64,000 nucleotides of DNA from Utricularia gibba (lineage: Eukaryota > Plantae > Magnoliophyta): NCBI GenBank assembly GCA_002189035.1, contig NEEC01000011.1, forward strand, positions 1,860,001 to 1,924,000. Direction: 5' to 3'. Shown piece by piece: positions 38,201-51,909 of the stretch. Every line of letters starts with the position of its first letter. Positions within the stretch are counted from its first letter, which is position 1. The notes beneath the pieces were generated by a model. The model was not told where the DNA came from, ran no database searches, and saw only the letters and a list, made by a program, of their open reading frames with translations. The translations under genes were made by a program, and so were the position numbers.

Positions 38201-41200
38201 TGTAGATGGATACAAATGTTTCTTATCAGCTGCAAAAAACGCACAAAAAAACTTTCATCTTCAAAATTTGGTGATGAAACAACAGAGAAACAGCTTCACG
38301 TACAAACCTAATCGTACACAATTTGAAGAAGGCGAGCATTATGCAAAATGTAATACAATACAGAGCACACACCTTTCAGGTAACAGTTTTTGTTATGGGA
38401 AACCATTAATCGGAGAAGACTATTCAAATTTTGAAGCATACATCAAATCAGACCATATGTCAAAAGATGGACCATCAATTATGATGTCATATATATAACT
38501 TGGATTCTAAAATAACCATTCAGTTTAGTTGGAATGACCTCCCCCCACCTCCAAATGAATCATGTTATAAACTTTTTCAGTCTACAATTTCAATGATTTG
38601 ATTAATCTTGAAAATGCATTCTTTGACAAGGAAAAATGCATACACATATGACTGGATGACACGTGTAACTTGTGGACTGCAAACTCCAATTCATTCATAA
38701 TATTCTCCTTACCAAACTGGCTGTCCACTTTCGATAAATAATTATCCAGAGCATGGAAAACAATGGACAACAGAGCCTGTAAATGAGTGATATCCATGGG
38801 AAGACTCCAAGCAAAGAATTGGTCTACTGTCTGCAATCAAGTTTCAGGGTAGAAAGAGGAGTGAAGACCATGCGAATGAGAGTCAAAGAGTTCCAGCAGT
38901 CACAGGCCACTAGTTCCTAGGATGAATATATAGTGCTAAGAGATGCATCGGGCATGTGGAAGAAATAAAAGCCCCTTCCTACTTTTAATATCCTGGTATT
39001 ACATATGGAAGATTTCAAGCAGTATATATCTTAGGCGCATTTTTAACAAACAGAAGAGCTTTAAAATATGAATTCATACTGTTCTAAGATAACACATACC
39101 TCTTCTATGATTCTAAAAACTTCAACTGCGGATGCAGCCAGTTTTTGCTGAACGGATAAAGGTTCCCAATCCTGAACCCAAATAAAAACTAAAAATGAAA
39201 CAGAGTAACGATAGCATATCATGCACAAAATTGTGAGCTCCCTGAAAAATTGTAGCAGAACAATTAATACTATCAGCAAGATGACTCGGCAATACAAGCA
39301 GCTGAGAACAACAATTTAATTTTAAACGAAACAGACCTCAAGATCAAAAGTACGACCAGTCCATTCCAAAATTCTACCATGTTGTCCAACTACCCAATCA
39401 AGAATGACAGGTCTTGAAACTTCGGCAATCTAGCAGAGAGATGACTCAGCAGATATTATGAATTTCAACTAATTCAATGAACATAGATATAAAAAAATTC
39501 ACGACAAAATCATACTGGATAAAAATTCAAATGCTTGGTGCAATGTTTCCCAGAAGAAGAATAGAGCTCCATAAGGCAGCACTCCAGTGAATAAGCTGCA
39601 GTAAGGACTTCTGTGACATCCTCAGTGAGGCATGTTAGATCCCTCAGAAAAGGTGTCTGGAAATAAAGAAAGTATTAATTTGAATACATGGATAAAACTT
39701 AGATGATCATTAACATTCAAAAAGAACCAGACCAATTTTTCACCAAAACACTGGTGTAGGGTGTTTGCAGCGACCATTGCACATTCAGGATACCAGCTAC
39801 AGAGGACTGGGCTAAATACATAGAGCTCTTTCTCAGCTATTTGTTGCAAGTTATTTGCGAGGTCAGCCAAATGGCGCACATCATGTCTTGTACGACCATT
39901 GGTGGGATGACCTACCACCTGTGGGTATCATAGTAGGACCTTAATACTGTTGTCATTATAAGCATAAAGAAGTTGATGATTACAAATGAACCTTACCCTT
40001 CTCCAAGCAGTGTCCATGGAACTATCTACATATGTCCTAATCTTTTCACTAGCAATCTCATTAGGAAGGCAAGAATTGGAAAACTACCAAGATAGTAAAC
40101 AACATAAAAGATAATCCCTGTGGTCAGAAACTATGTAATGCCGAAAAGTTCAGAAAGATGCCTCTACACAATTTCTACCTGGATATCTCCTGGTGAAACA
40201 AATACACGAGTACCAGTGTGCAATGCCATTTCCACCATGGTCCCAAAGAATGAGGCATTCTGGAAACACAAATAGCTTCAAACGCACTTCAAGTTTTAAA
40301 AGTTAAGACAAGATACAAATAAACCTGATCAAAATGTAGATGATAATCTTGTAATTTGCTGTCACACCATGAGCTAATTGACGAGAATATAGACTGAATA
40401 ACATTCAATCTGGTTTCATTTCCAACACCAACACCAAAGCAAACCAAGCTCCTTAGGTAAGCAACTTCCTTAGGACTACTTGAATCTGTAGAGAAGGCTC
40501 TTCCAACCTCCCGAACTGCATTTTCTAATAGTTTTTGCTCTTCAGTCGTATGGAACTTCAATACAGTAAAAAAAAAAAAAAATTAATGAAATGATTTTGA
40601 AGTGCATAAGGTCATATTAGCAAAATTTATCAACAAAAAGGCACATCTTTCGGATCAAAATACTGCCAGTCCGAGTAAAGCATCAGGAAAATCGAAGAAT
40701 TGACCCAACTGGTTGGTATTCATCACTTAAAGAAGATTTCATATGCCCTAACATCACATCAGCTGTGGAATGAACGACTCCTCCTCAAACATGCTTTATT
40801 TGGGTGAATCAAACATCACTCTGGAACTGTAAATGCCCTTCTTTTTTGAACAGGTATGTAGTAATAAAGGCATTTTAATAAACCCATGGTTTCCATTTTT
40901 CAAAAACTATGTTGTAATTCCCAGTGCACCAACAGTTAAGAGCAAGAATATAGTTAGAACCTAGATGAGAAAGCACAAACCACACTTAAAAACCAACCAT
41001 AGTATTCAGTCATAACATTTCAACTTTTCCAGATGCAAGAAAATCAGCATTTACTTTTGTTACGACACAACCAGAAAAAATGCTTCAGGGTCATCAAAAT
41101 TTTGAGGGGGAAAAATCTACAGTAGCTATTGGGAAGGATCTGAAGCCATATGCAAAGAATGGAAACAGCAATAGAATATTTCATACCTGTTGAAAAAGCA

Positions 41201-44200
41201 CCCAAGAGAATAACGCATGATGTAGCCTCTCTGTGATTCCCAACATTGGCCAAGTCAACTTCAACAACTTCAAAATCTCATCTGCTTCCTGATAGATAAC
41301 TTACTATCAAATTCCAATGCAATTTTTGGCAATTAAATGTCACTTAAAATATTAGATCCGTTGACCACCATCAAAAAGATGCAGACCTCTAGGATTTGGC
41401 AGTCATCCAGAATATCAAAGAGCCCGAAGAGAAGCTTTTCATAAAGTCTAATGTTTAAATGATAACAAGTCGTCCAGTAATGTGTCTCCCCATCCAAGCC
41501 AAACCTCCCAGGCATAGATGAAATTGATGAAGCCAGATCATCAACACTCAGAAGAACATCATCCTTTTCAGTGGTAGACATCTTAAAATCCCACTCCTAA
41601 ACAAGAAGATAAGTTACTTACAATAAATATTTTCTTCATATGAAAGCAAAACACTGATATACCTGCAAATTTCTTATTTTTTCAAGAGCAGCACGAAGGA
41701 CTTTCCTCTCGATTTTATAACTTTCAGAACATAAAATTTCTTCAAGAATGTTTGCCTGTACAAACAGGTGGCGCTGGATTAAGAACAGAATGCAAGGAAG
41801 TAATGGTAACTACTATTCATTAATATAAGAAAATAATACTCTATTTCAAAGGCATTAAAAAGGACAGTTCAATTTTCCAATTAATATTAGTACATAACAT
41901 ACTTTTAAATGGTCAAATTGCCTTAGCAGTTTTTGAAAAATAGTTAAAAAGAAGAAAAAAATTAAAATGTGATAAACATTTATATCTAGATATTTAAGAT
42001 AATTAATATAGACCTAGAGGGTACCTTAGTTACATAAATAACATAATAAAAAAAAAGGCTAACTTAATGAATTTGGTGTTCCCAAACCTTAACGATTTGT
42101 GTAATGGTGTGATAAAGTTACTCATGGCACTGAATGAAAAAAATATGCATATTAAAACCATAGGAGTACCAACCTTCTTTTGAGGAACTATGGAAAATAT
42201 GGAATTCATTGACAAAATAGGCACACAAAACCAACACAAGATGCAATACTGAGCCATCGAAATTTAAGAATGACAAAGACTACGAGTAGCATCACCTGTC
42301 TGTTCCTCCAGTGAAAGTAGTGCTTCTCAGCAGGAAAAACAGATTTTGCTACTCCAGTAAGAAGAGCCAAAGAAATCCTTGGAATATCAATTTGTCCCAG
42401 AGATTTATCGGATACTAATAACACCACTCTTCTCCTGATAAAGGCATCTACTGATTCTGATATCTAATGAAAAGATGGAATCATTATCTTAGCAAAAACA
42501 AACACTTTGCTCAGTTGGGAGAGAAATCTTACTAGAGTAGTGAGTAATGATTCGTTAAGCAACAACAGAATAGTTTTATATCTATGGACTATATATGAAA
42601 ATACAAAGGTAAGATTAGGTGAAATAGGATAGCTTGCCTGCATTTGTGTACGAATTGTATGAAGAACATTCCAATGAATTTCAAGAGATTCTGATTCTAC
42701 ACAGTTCTTTTCTCTTCTACTCTTCAACATAGTGAACAATTTAGAACTTTTCTCCATCTTTCTACTCTCACTGGCTTGAATTTCAGGCCTATACAGTGTA
42801 ATATAGATGAATCAATGAAAAAGAAAGGCTAAACCCATGTATTTAACGGGAGGGACTAATAAAAAAACCAATACGAACACATAACTACAATTTTGGGAAT
42901 GATCAACTTTCATTATGATCTTAAAGTATGAATTCCTGTAAATATGATAACAGCAGACCTGGAGAAAAGCATGCATGCCAAAAACACTTCATAAGCAGAT
43001 TCTCGCAAGTCATCAGCCAGTAAACCTTCATGAGTTCTGAAAATGCGTATCAGTTGATTCATGGAATGGAAAAGTCAACAGGAAATCATAAAGGAGAGGA
43101 CAAACAAACAGAAAGCTTCATTATCTAGAGAACTAATATGGATTCTACATCCTCTTTTTTCCAGTATGGAAACCATGGTCATTCAGACCGTTTCATTCCA
43201 AGGAGTACAACACATTACCAACCAAACTCAGAAAATATAAGAGAACCAATGTGCACCTAATTGAATACACTGTAGTGTCCACCAAAATCTAAGAAGGTTG
43301 AAGCTAAATCAGGAGAACGTCAATCAGCAACATTCCTATTCCCAGAAATACTCAAATCTTTTTTTTTTTATCAGCCCCAGAAGTACTTTTTGATAAGTAA
43401 ACTTAATGTAGGCAGATACTTATCCCCTGTAAAAAGAACTTATCCTCCTCTCTTAAGATTTGTATCCTCCCTAGTGAAATCAGAAAGAATTTCTGATTCT
43501 AATGTGCTATTTTAGCCACCGCCTTTTTTTATCAATAAAATGTCCAAGTGTATAATTTTTATGAGAAACCCGTCCAATACCAATTGTGACATATTGTAAA
43601 CTCTCCTCCTAGGCTATGAACATGAACATAAGAGATGGTTCATGGTTCAAAGAAAAGTCCATTCACATTTTGTATAGGCTCGCTATATGTAATAACATGT
43701 TAAGTAACAGAATCAAATCAAAGCTACAACATCAGGAATGATGAAGGGGAATGAAAAAAAATTAGAAATTATGGAAAAACTGGATGTCTACTTCTTAATC
43801 AACTCAAGTATATCCGCCTAAACAATTTCTAGTTCTAAATGCAATCAACATATGGAACCTGTCTTTTTCTTACTAGGTGATCGACAGATAACAACTTAAT
43901 TTTTTACCTGTTTTCAGGCTCGGTAATCCCAGTGTGGGAACACTTTTATGAGTCATTGAATTCAACACGGGCACCTTAGTCTCTTGACTGTTAGCCCTTT
44001 CTTTCGCATTACGTACATGTAATCTGCCAATCTCCTCAGTATACTTCGTCTTAATGTCAATCGATTCAATAGAATCTCCATTTGCTAAGGGTAATGAAGG
44101 AGGAACACGCCGAGGTGGAGAACCAGTTGAGTCAGGATGGGTATGAAGATAGAAAGTATCCCCAGACTGCAAGTGCTTCCCCAGAAGAATAACAGTTAAA

Positions 44201-44700
44201 ACTTGCAGTCGACTTAGAAAAACACAGCCAGATGTAAAACTGTGACAAGCACGTAACTAATACAACCGTACAGGCTACTAACTAAAACCGAATTCATTAC
44301 TATAGAAGTAATAATCATGAACAAGAAGAAAATGTCAACAAGAAACCGAGATAACCACGACTAATTTTGCCATCACTTACCGTAACTGGGAGAGAGGTGT
44401 CGTTGATATATCTCTGCGTTGCTTGAGAAACATCAAGAGCATCACCTAACCAACGAAAGATTCATCATACACTTCACCACAGACTAAAACTCCCCCGGAA
44501 AAAAAAAAAAAACCGTTACCTGAACGAATACAGTCGAGGACGGAATCAGAGCTGATGGATTCGAAATCAATCATCGAGTGCGAGGCGGTGGGGCCTACCG
44601 CAGCTCGAATATCCTTGACAAGGCCAGAGGAAAGGAGAAACTCCATGAGTTTCCGGCGATCGCCGCGGTACCGCCGCAGCAGCGAAGCATGAGAATCCAT
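35271..44700 (-). CDS. Plant UNC-13/Munc13-like (DUF810) protein, At4g11670 type; one apparent frameshift
   Basis: MDSHASLLRRYRGDRRKLMEFLLSSGLV, FHWRNRQ, HLNIRLYEKLL, WEPLSVQQ, TIPKLCIRLNT, LLRILCHKKDRKASKFLK; frame break at C run 36022-36026. Confidence 0.88.
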
Positions 44701-46138
44701 GTAGTTTTGTGTACGGCAAAACCGAGGTACGAAGATGAGCTAGTTTAGTAGCTGTGCCAGAAAGTCTTCTCGGCTACAAACATGCAACGATCGCAGCACC
44801 TAGATTCACAGCGGCAGGTGGAAGAGTAAAGTGGTGCACCGCAAGGTCTTCTCCATTTTTTGTAAGATACAGGGAGGGAGGGAGCGAGGAAGGATTCACC
44901 TCCCATTTGCAATTCTTTTGGCTTTTTTCATTCAAATAATTCATATATATTAAAACTTTATTATTGATCATTAACAACAATATTTATAATGTTTCAAATT
45001 ATTTTGAAACATTCTTTTTTAAAAAAAACCATAATTAAATCGTGATTCATTTTTTTCTATTTTGAAAACGATACAATTTAATCCAACAGTTATCCCAAAC
45101 GATTCAAGATCCAAAACCTTTCAATCGTAATTAAATCATGATTTTTAAAACATAAATGGATATTATTAAAAATACTGAATTTTTAAATTAAAATGATATA
45201 TGTTTAAATTGTGTTGCCATATTTTCTGATTTTATTTGCTTTTTGAATGGAGCAGAACCAGGAGGCTACCATGAAAATGCTAAATTAATACGAAATAATA
45301 AAATGAGAAACAATAACAAAATTGGGTGCTAGGGCTGGTCGTACAGACTACTGAAGGATTTCTTTTGATTATCTTCAGAGGTTCCTTCCTGCGGCCGGAG
45401 CTATGTATGCCTTGTCTACTTCTTGTTCTCTTTGTATTCGGTTTTAGGAGTGTATGCTGCTTCACTCTGCACGGAATGTTTTTGATCTGTTTCTTTGTGT
45501 TCTGTCCTAGTTGAATTCTTTTTTTTAGTTTTTTTTGAAATGCCTGATTTTGTTTTCGGGGGACCTATGCTCGGTATTTTGTCGCCGGGGATGGGATGTA
45601 TTTGCAACTGGTAGGAGCTCAATTCCCTTTTTTCAGCTATGGGTGTTTTCATTGTCAAAACTTCGAATTATGCAGTTTTACAGCCTCAATCATGTTCGTG
45701 CACTTTTTTTTATTGATTTATCTTCTACTGGAAGTTATTGTTACCTTAAATTCATGCGTAGCATATCGAATGTGTGTCTCAAGACCTGTGCTATATTTTT
45801 AACTATTTGAATTGCAGCGTTATTTGGACGCTGTAGCTGGTTGGAAGCCCTTTTTCATTTTCGATTTAACCACACCTTTTTCTTATGTAATGGTGCTTTA
45901 ATTTCTTTTCAGCTGCCGCTTGGATTATGAGAGCTTAGCAGAGTGAAATAACTTTTTACCAAGGTTTGCATGTTTCCGGATTATAAATGATCTGGATGAT
46001 AATGATCATTCTTCTGTAGTGGGATACTTCATTCATTTCAAATTTTTTACTTTCTACTCTATTTAAAATTTATTTCGAGGGAAGATGTAGAATCGCGTGT
46101 GCCCCTACTGCACATGTAATGCTGTAGAACAGAAAACG

Positions 46139-48372
46139 ATGCAACCCAGTGATTCAGGTAACTGTCCTGTTTCATAGGATGAGTGAATTTCGATGAAATA
46201 AGAATTTCCATTAAAAATGTCAGTCTGAATGCTGTATGAACTCTTTGTTTTTATTCATAGGTGATATGTAATTTTGTAGGAAGTCTGACTGGTGTATCAA
46301 ATGGCGAAGCATGTTGTTCAGGGACTGAACAGCAAGTGCATTCTAGGGAGCCAATGACAACTTCACGCGAAATGAACAGTGAAAAGTTGAATGACACGAG
46401 ATATTTTATCATCAAGAGCTTGAGTCATCAAAATATCCAACTGTCAATAAAGAAGGGGATTTGGGCTACTCAAGTTATGAATGAGGGCATTCTTGAAGAA
46501 GCATTTCAAGTAATATTTGTTTCTATCATGTAACATGATCCATAGTACTTCTTTGGGGTTTGATGTATTGTAAAACAGGCAGGAAATTAGATGCCTACAA
46601 CTTTGTTTCAATTTCTATTGTTTCACTTGGGTGGAAGCTAATCACCTAGTTAATGCTTCTAAAGTGGTTCTGCAGAACTCTGGCAGGGTAGTTCTTATAT
46701 TTAGCGTCAACATGAGTGGGTTCTTTCAAGGATATGCTCAGATGATGTCTTCTTTTGGTTGGAGACGGGATAATGTATGGAATCGGGGATCTGGGAAAAG
46801 TAATCACTGGGGACGCAGTTTTAAGGTGAAGTGGTTGTGTTTACATGACTTGCCTTTTCATAAAACGCTTCATCTGAAGAATCCATGGAATGAATTCAAA
46901 CCTGTCAAAATCAGCCGAGATTGCCAGGTTTCGTCTGTTGCCAGCACTTAAAGTGCTATAATGTCCATGCATTACACATAAAAGAATGATGCTGTTGGTG
47001 AACTTTTCAGGAGTTACCTTTTGCTATTGGTAGAGAACTCTGTGAGCTTCTTGATCATGCAGGTGGCCCATCCGCTAGTGTGAAAGAGTATGTTTCTTTA
47101 TCAGTTTGATCTTTATGTATGGTTATGTATTTCATGCTTGTAGTAGTGATATATTATCAAATAATGAAGGGATGGAGTCTCTGATACTGAGCTTTCTGCA
47201 AGAAGAAGCCTCATGCAGCCATTACATAATAATTTTCTTGCACCTCCTATGCAAATGCCACCTTTGCTTTACCCATCTTTTCTTTATCAACAAGCTGAAG
47301 CAATAAGATTTCAGACAGCATATCAAGGAGGTGAAGCATCTCCTGGAAGTTCACATGATGCTTCTCATACTAACAGTCTGGGCTTGTCAACTGAAAGGAG
47401 TGTCTTCAATGGCACTTTTACAGAAGAGGATTTGCTGGAAATGGTACCACGGTGTTTTCTTAATTATCATCTGGGATTTCTGGTTTGTTGCAGTGGTTAA
47501 AAAAAGGCTTTGTGGAAATCTATTTTGAGATGATCTTGCTAATGCCTACATTTTTCATATGATGATGCAGAATTATGAAGAATATTTGGAAGCTTACACT
47601 CGGGGATCTGGAAAAATGCAGTCATCTGTCAGTACATTTTATAGTTCTGCTGTTGATCCTTAAGTTACAAAACCGTAGCTCCAAAAATCTTAATTTTCCT
47701 ATAGGCCACCGGGTTCTCTATATGCCTTCCTAAGGTTATGAACTGAATTTTTTTAAAAATCCCTCTATTTATGATGCGTAGTTATCTTAGTAAACGCATT
47801 AGCATAATCCTTCAGGTGCTGTTTGTTACGTCTGCTTAGATGGAGGAGAGTAATCCATAGCCTTGATTATACTTGTCACTACTATTATTACTGCACAGCT
47901 TCTATGTTAGGAAACCTTTTAACTTTTTCTGACCTACATGAAACAGACTTGTGTAACCACTCCCTCATGTTTTATCTGCATCATGCATCTAGAGAATTCC
48001 GGTGCATTAGTGTTTGTTTATGGTGTTGGTATTTGTCAACATCCTAATCACATAAGTCGACTGCATCTTGGATTGATAGTTGGTTTTCACACTGTCTTCA
48101 CAGTAAAGTGTTGTTTTCAGTTTTTTGTAAAATTCGATTTTCAAACAAAGCTATGCAACTTATTTCTAAGGCTGGAGGACCCACTTCAAGCCTGCCAAAG
48201 TCATCATCTAGCAGAGAGCGTTCTGAGGATTCGTAAGCGTCGCATCCCATGAGCTATTTTCCCAAGTTTCAACAGCGTTCTCAGGTTTGACATTTTGTAA
48301 CAATTGTTCTGTCCACCCAACAGGCACTCAGGCAGTAGCAGCAGCTTGAAGAAAAGAAAGCACCGACAGTAA
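46139..48372 (+). CDS. ECT12: YTH-domain m6A reader, DC type (ECT12-like); start codon uncertain
   Basis: YFIIKSLSHQNIQLSIKKGIWATQ, LIFSVNMSGFFQGYAQM, WGRSFKVKWL, KPVKISRDCQELP; basic tail LKKRKHRQ. Confidence 0.85.
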
Positions 48373-48727
48373 GTAGCAGCCAAGCTGGGGTTGCACGACT
48401 TCACGCTCACCGTTTCTTTGGGTCCTTGGTACATTAACTGATACCACTGACCCTGTTCTCCCTTGTGTGGGAAAAACTGTGCTTTGATTCACTGTGTACA
48501 GAAATGCAGCCTCCAGTTTGCGAACTTGGCAGCTTGGTTTAGGTGTGCTGGGCTTCGTATTCAGACTAAATGGCACACCATTCTAATGCCAGAAAAGCAA
48601 ACTAACTTATTTCCCTAAAATTCAGAACCTCAAAAGCTTTCTAATGCTTGCCCATTTATTAGTGTATGTTTGTCTTCCACCATGCATCAAGTTTAGAGGA
48701 TTCAAATCCCGATAAAATTAGCATTTA

Positions 48728-48942
48728 GGTCTTGTTTGATATGAGGGTATAAGGTTGGTTTATAATAGTTTTAATAAAATTGTATTGTTTGGTATGTGTG
48801 TATAATTATACTTTATATATGGACATCATAATTATTATATTCATGTAATAATGTATATCCAATGAGAATATAGGTATTTTTATACCTAAATCCAAATAAT
48901 CTAAACACACTAATACTTAAAACACATCAATCAAATAAGACC
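48728..48942. mobile_element. Tourist-like (PIF/Harbinger) MITE
   Basis: 13-bp TIR GGTCTTRTTTGAT (1 mismatch); TTA TSD at 48725-48727 and 48943-48945; 215 bp; AT-rich interior. Confidence 0.85.
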
Positions 48943-49097
48943 TTAATGGGATAGAATGATAATTAAATCTGAAATTTAATTGTAAAATCATAGTTAAATG
49001 GTAAAATAGTTTTGAATCCTTCAGTTTCGATCTAATGATATTTTAAATAAAAATATTATATATTCTAACCACACGTTTGAATTTGTTAATGTGGATC

Positions 49098-49199
49098 CAC
49101 GTGGCATTCTGGGATTGGCGAGCTGCCAAAGATTTGAAGAAACGACTGTAGAGTTCCCGGTTGATTTCATCCTCTCCACACAATCTCGCTTGCCTTATC
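49098..49199 (+). promoter_or_regulatory. G-box (CCACGTGGCA) and I-box-like (CTTATC = GATAAG) motifs upstream of PGRL1
   Basis: CACGTG at 49098-49103 and CTTATC at 49194-49199, a pairing typical of light-regulated photosynthesis genes. Confidence 0.5.
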
Positions 49200-49291
49200 T
49201 CCGGCGTGATGAATTCCCACCAAAACCCCATGAAATATCTGTCGTTCTTCGCCGAGGCCATCTCCGCAAAACCTCTTCCCTCCCGCCGGAA

Positions 49292-51099
49292 ATGGCTTCC
49301 AAACTTCTTGGTTGCGCCGTGCGCACACCCAGGAGCCTCTCATCGTCCAGCTTCAGGAACCCGCTCTTTTCTGTTTCTTCTTTACCCTCCTCGGCGCCTC
49401 AACTTCAATTTCCTCTCAACAATCACTTCCTGCGCCGTCGTATTTTCGTGGTAGCCCCGAAGGCCACCGCCGATCAACCGGGTCTGCTTCATTCATGATG
49501 GCGTTTCAATGTGTTGGATGTTTTATAGGCACTGATTGTTGGGTTGTACTTGGATTGGCTGTTGCTTTTCAGGCCAGGTGAAAGAAGGGGAAGTTGTTGA
49601 TAGCAATGTATTGCCATATTGCAGCATTGATAAGAAGCAGAAAAGGAGTATCGGTGAAATGGAACAAGAATTCCTCCAAGCACTGCAGGTGATAGATTAT
49701 ACATCCTTGGAATCCTTTTTTTTTTTTACTTTGATTTCTGATACCTGACCTTTTTTTTTTTTTTTTTTTGAGTGAGCAGTCGTTCTATTATGATGGAAAG
49801 TCCATCATGTCCAACGAGGAATTTGATAACCTCAAGGAAGAACTTATGTGGGAAGGAAGCAGCGTTGTTATGCTAAGTAAACTGTTTTTTCGTTGTCTGC
49901 TTCTATTTCTATAGTGCTTAGTTTCAGTTCATACTTGTAAATAGCGTTAGATGTTGCTTCATGAACGTTTTCGTGCTCTGTCTGCTGTAGGTGCTGATGA
50001 GCAGAGATTCCTGGAAGCTTCAATGGCTTATGCATCTGGGAGTCCAATTTTATCGGATGAAGACTTTGACAAGTTGAAACAGAAACTTAAGGCATGAATA
50101 AAAACTAGTCTTCAACTAGTAATCTTGTCTAATTCTGCTAGCTTTTGCAGGTGTGCTTATTTCCTACTTGTTCCAATATGCATTCTGAATTTTGTAGGAG
50201 GATGGCAGCGAAATAGTTGTGGAGGGTCCTCGATGCAGCCTCCGCAGTCGAAAGGTCTGTAAAGGTTACTCCTCCTCACTTGCCATTGTGGTGATATGAA
50301 ATTATAATTGTCATTCTCCTACCATGTTGGCCTGCAGGTTTACAGTGACCTTTCTGTTGATTACCTCAAGATGTTTCTGCTTAATGTGCCAGCTGCATTC
50401 GTTGCATTAGGATTGTAAGTGTAAAATTGTATTCGCTTTACAAAATTTTTACTGAACATGAAACCCCTTGCCTGCATAACCATTCCAGGTTTTTTTTTCT
50501 CGATGACTTGACTGGCTTTGAGATCACTTATCTTTTAGAGGTAACTGAGTGATCATATTGGATACATCCTTACTGCCATAGATGCCATGAGCTGCTTCTC
50601 TTATGGTTTTGGCCCTTGTCCAGCTTCCAGAGCCATTTAGTTTCCTCTTCACATGGTTTGCTGCTTTGCCGCTACTCCTGTGGTTATCTTTCACCCTAAC
50701 AAACTTCATTGTGAAAGATTTTCTAATCTTGGTGGCAAGTTTCTCTCACCCTCATGCCTTTCAGTTTTCTTCTGGAAAAAATGATGAAGGCTTTAACATT
50801 TCAGGGACCCTGTCCAAACTGCGGCACCGAAAACAATTCCTTCTTCGGTACCATACTGTCTATATCCAGCGGGGGAACTATCAACACAGTGAAATGCTCA
50901 AAGTAAGCAAATCCGGTTAAAAGAAGTCATTTCTGTGATAGTATGGCATATGAAATCGTGCCTTCCATGTTTCATTATCTTGTATAGTACTTTTTCTAGA
51001 CTGCTGATAACAGATTGCTGTCTCATTAGCTGTGCGACGGAGATGCTGTACGATTCTAAGTCACGTTTGATCACACTTCCTGAGGGAAGCGAGGCATAA
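49292..51099 (+). CDS. PGRL1: PGR5-like 1, thylakoid cyclic electron flow protein
   Basis: Transit peptide, LPYCSIDKK, GEMEQEFLQALQSFYYDGK, ELMWEGSSVVML, EGPRCSLRS, GPCPNCGTEN, SRLITLPEG. Confidence 0.95.
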
Positions 51100-51793
51100 C
51101 TTGAGGTACCAAACCTCCCTACTTCTTCCTCATCTCAGTCAAGAAGTGAAGTAGTTGCTCTTTGTGATCATTGTGGCATACATGCGGTGGTTTGGTTGAA
51201 CCATATATTGACTTGCAATGTAGGTTTCAGGAGCTCAGCTCCGGTCTAAGCCTGAGCCTGTCACAGAAACTGTGTTAATATTTGTAAAGTGAGAATGGTT
51301 TGCTTTCCCTTCCGGTGCAAGCAGGCAGCAAAGACTGAGTTGTAAGTAGTTCACTTTGAACTGCATTGGATCATCTCCTTTCATACACACTCTCACCAAT
51401 ATTAGAAATCTTGTAGACTCAATAGATTAAAAAATGTATTTTGATGAATAAAAAAGTTAATGTAGGTGGAGGTAATGAAGCACATACTAAAAGTCATTTA
51501 ATTATTTTAAATGTAATCATTCGTACATTCTATCTCATATATTAAGATAAAAAAAATATGTTGGTGATTAGATTTCTTAAACACATCGTATTAGATGCCA
51601 AATTTCTAAATAGTCCAAATTTGTGTCAAATCATTGGTAGTCTTAGTCCACTATACTTGTCTCGAATAATGCCATTATTCGATAAAAAAATTAATTTCGA
51701 CTAATATATGTATTATAATTATTACATATAAATACATATATATATATATATGTCACATTGTTGATTTGTTTTTGAAATATGATTTTGTCTGTC

Positions 51794-51909
51794 GTCACGT
51801 GACTCGCGTGATGCCAAGCCGACGTCGGTGCGAAGTGCCATATAGATAATCGAATTATTCTCTGGAAATAAAAACAAAAATTAGGAAAAAGAAGGTGAAT
51901 ACTACGTGG
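51794..51909 (+). promoter_or_regulatory. ACGT-element cluster (G-box, C-box, TACGTG) upstream of the bZIP gene
   Basis: 10-bp palindromes GTCACGTGAC (51794-51803) and CCGACGTCGG (51819-51828); TACGTGG near 51903. Confidence 0.55.
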
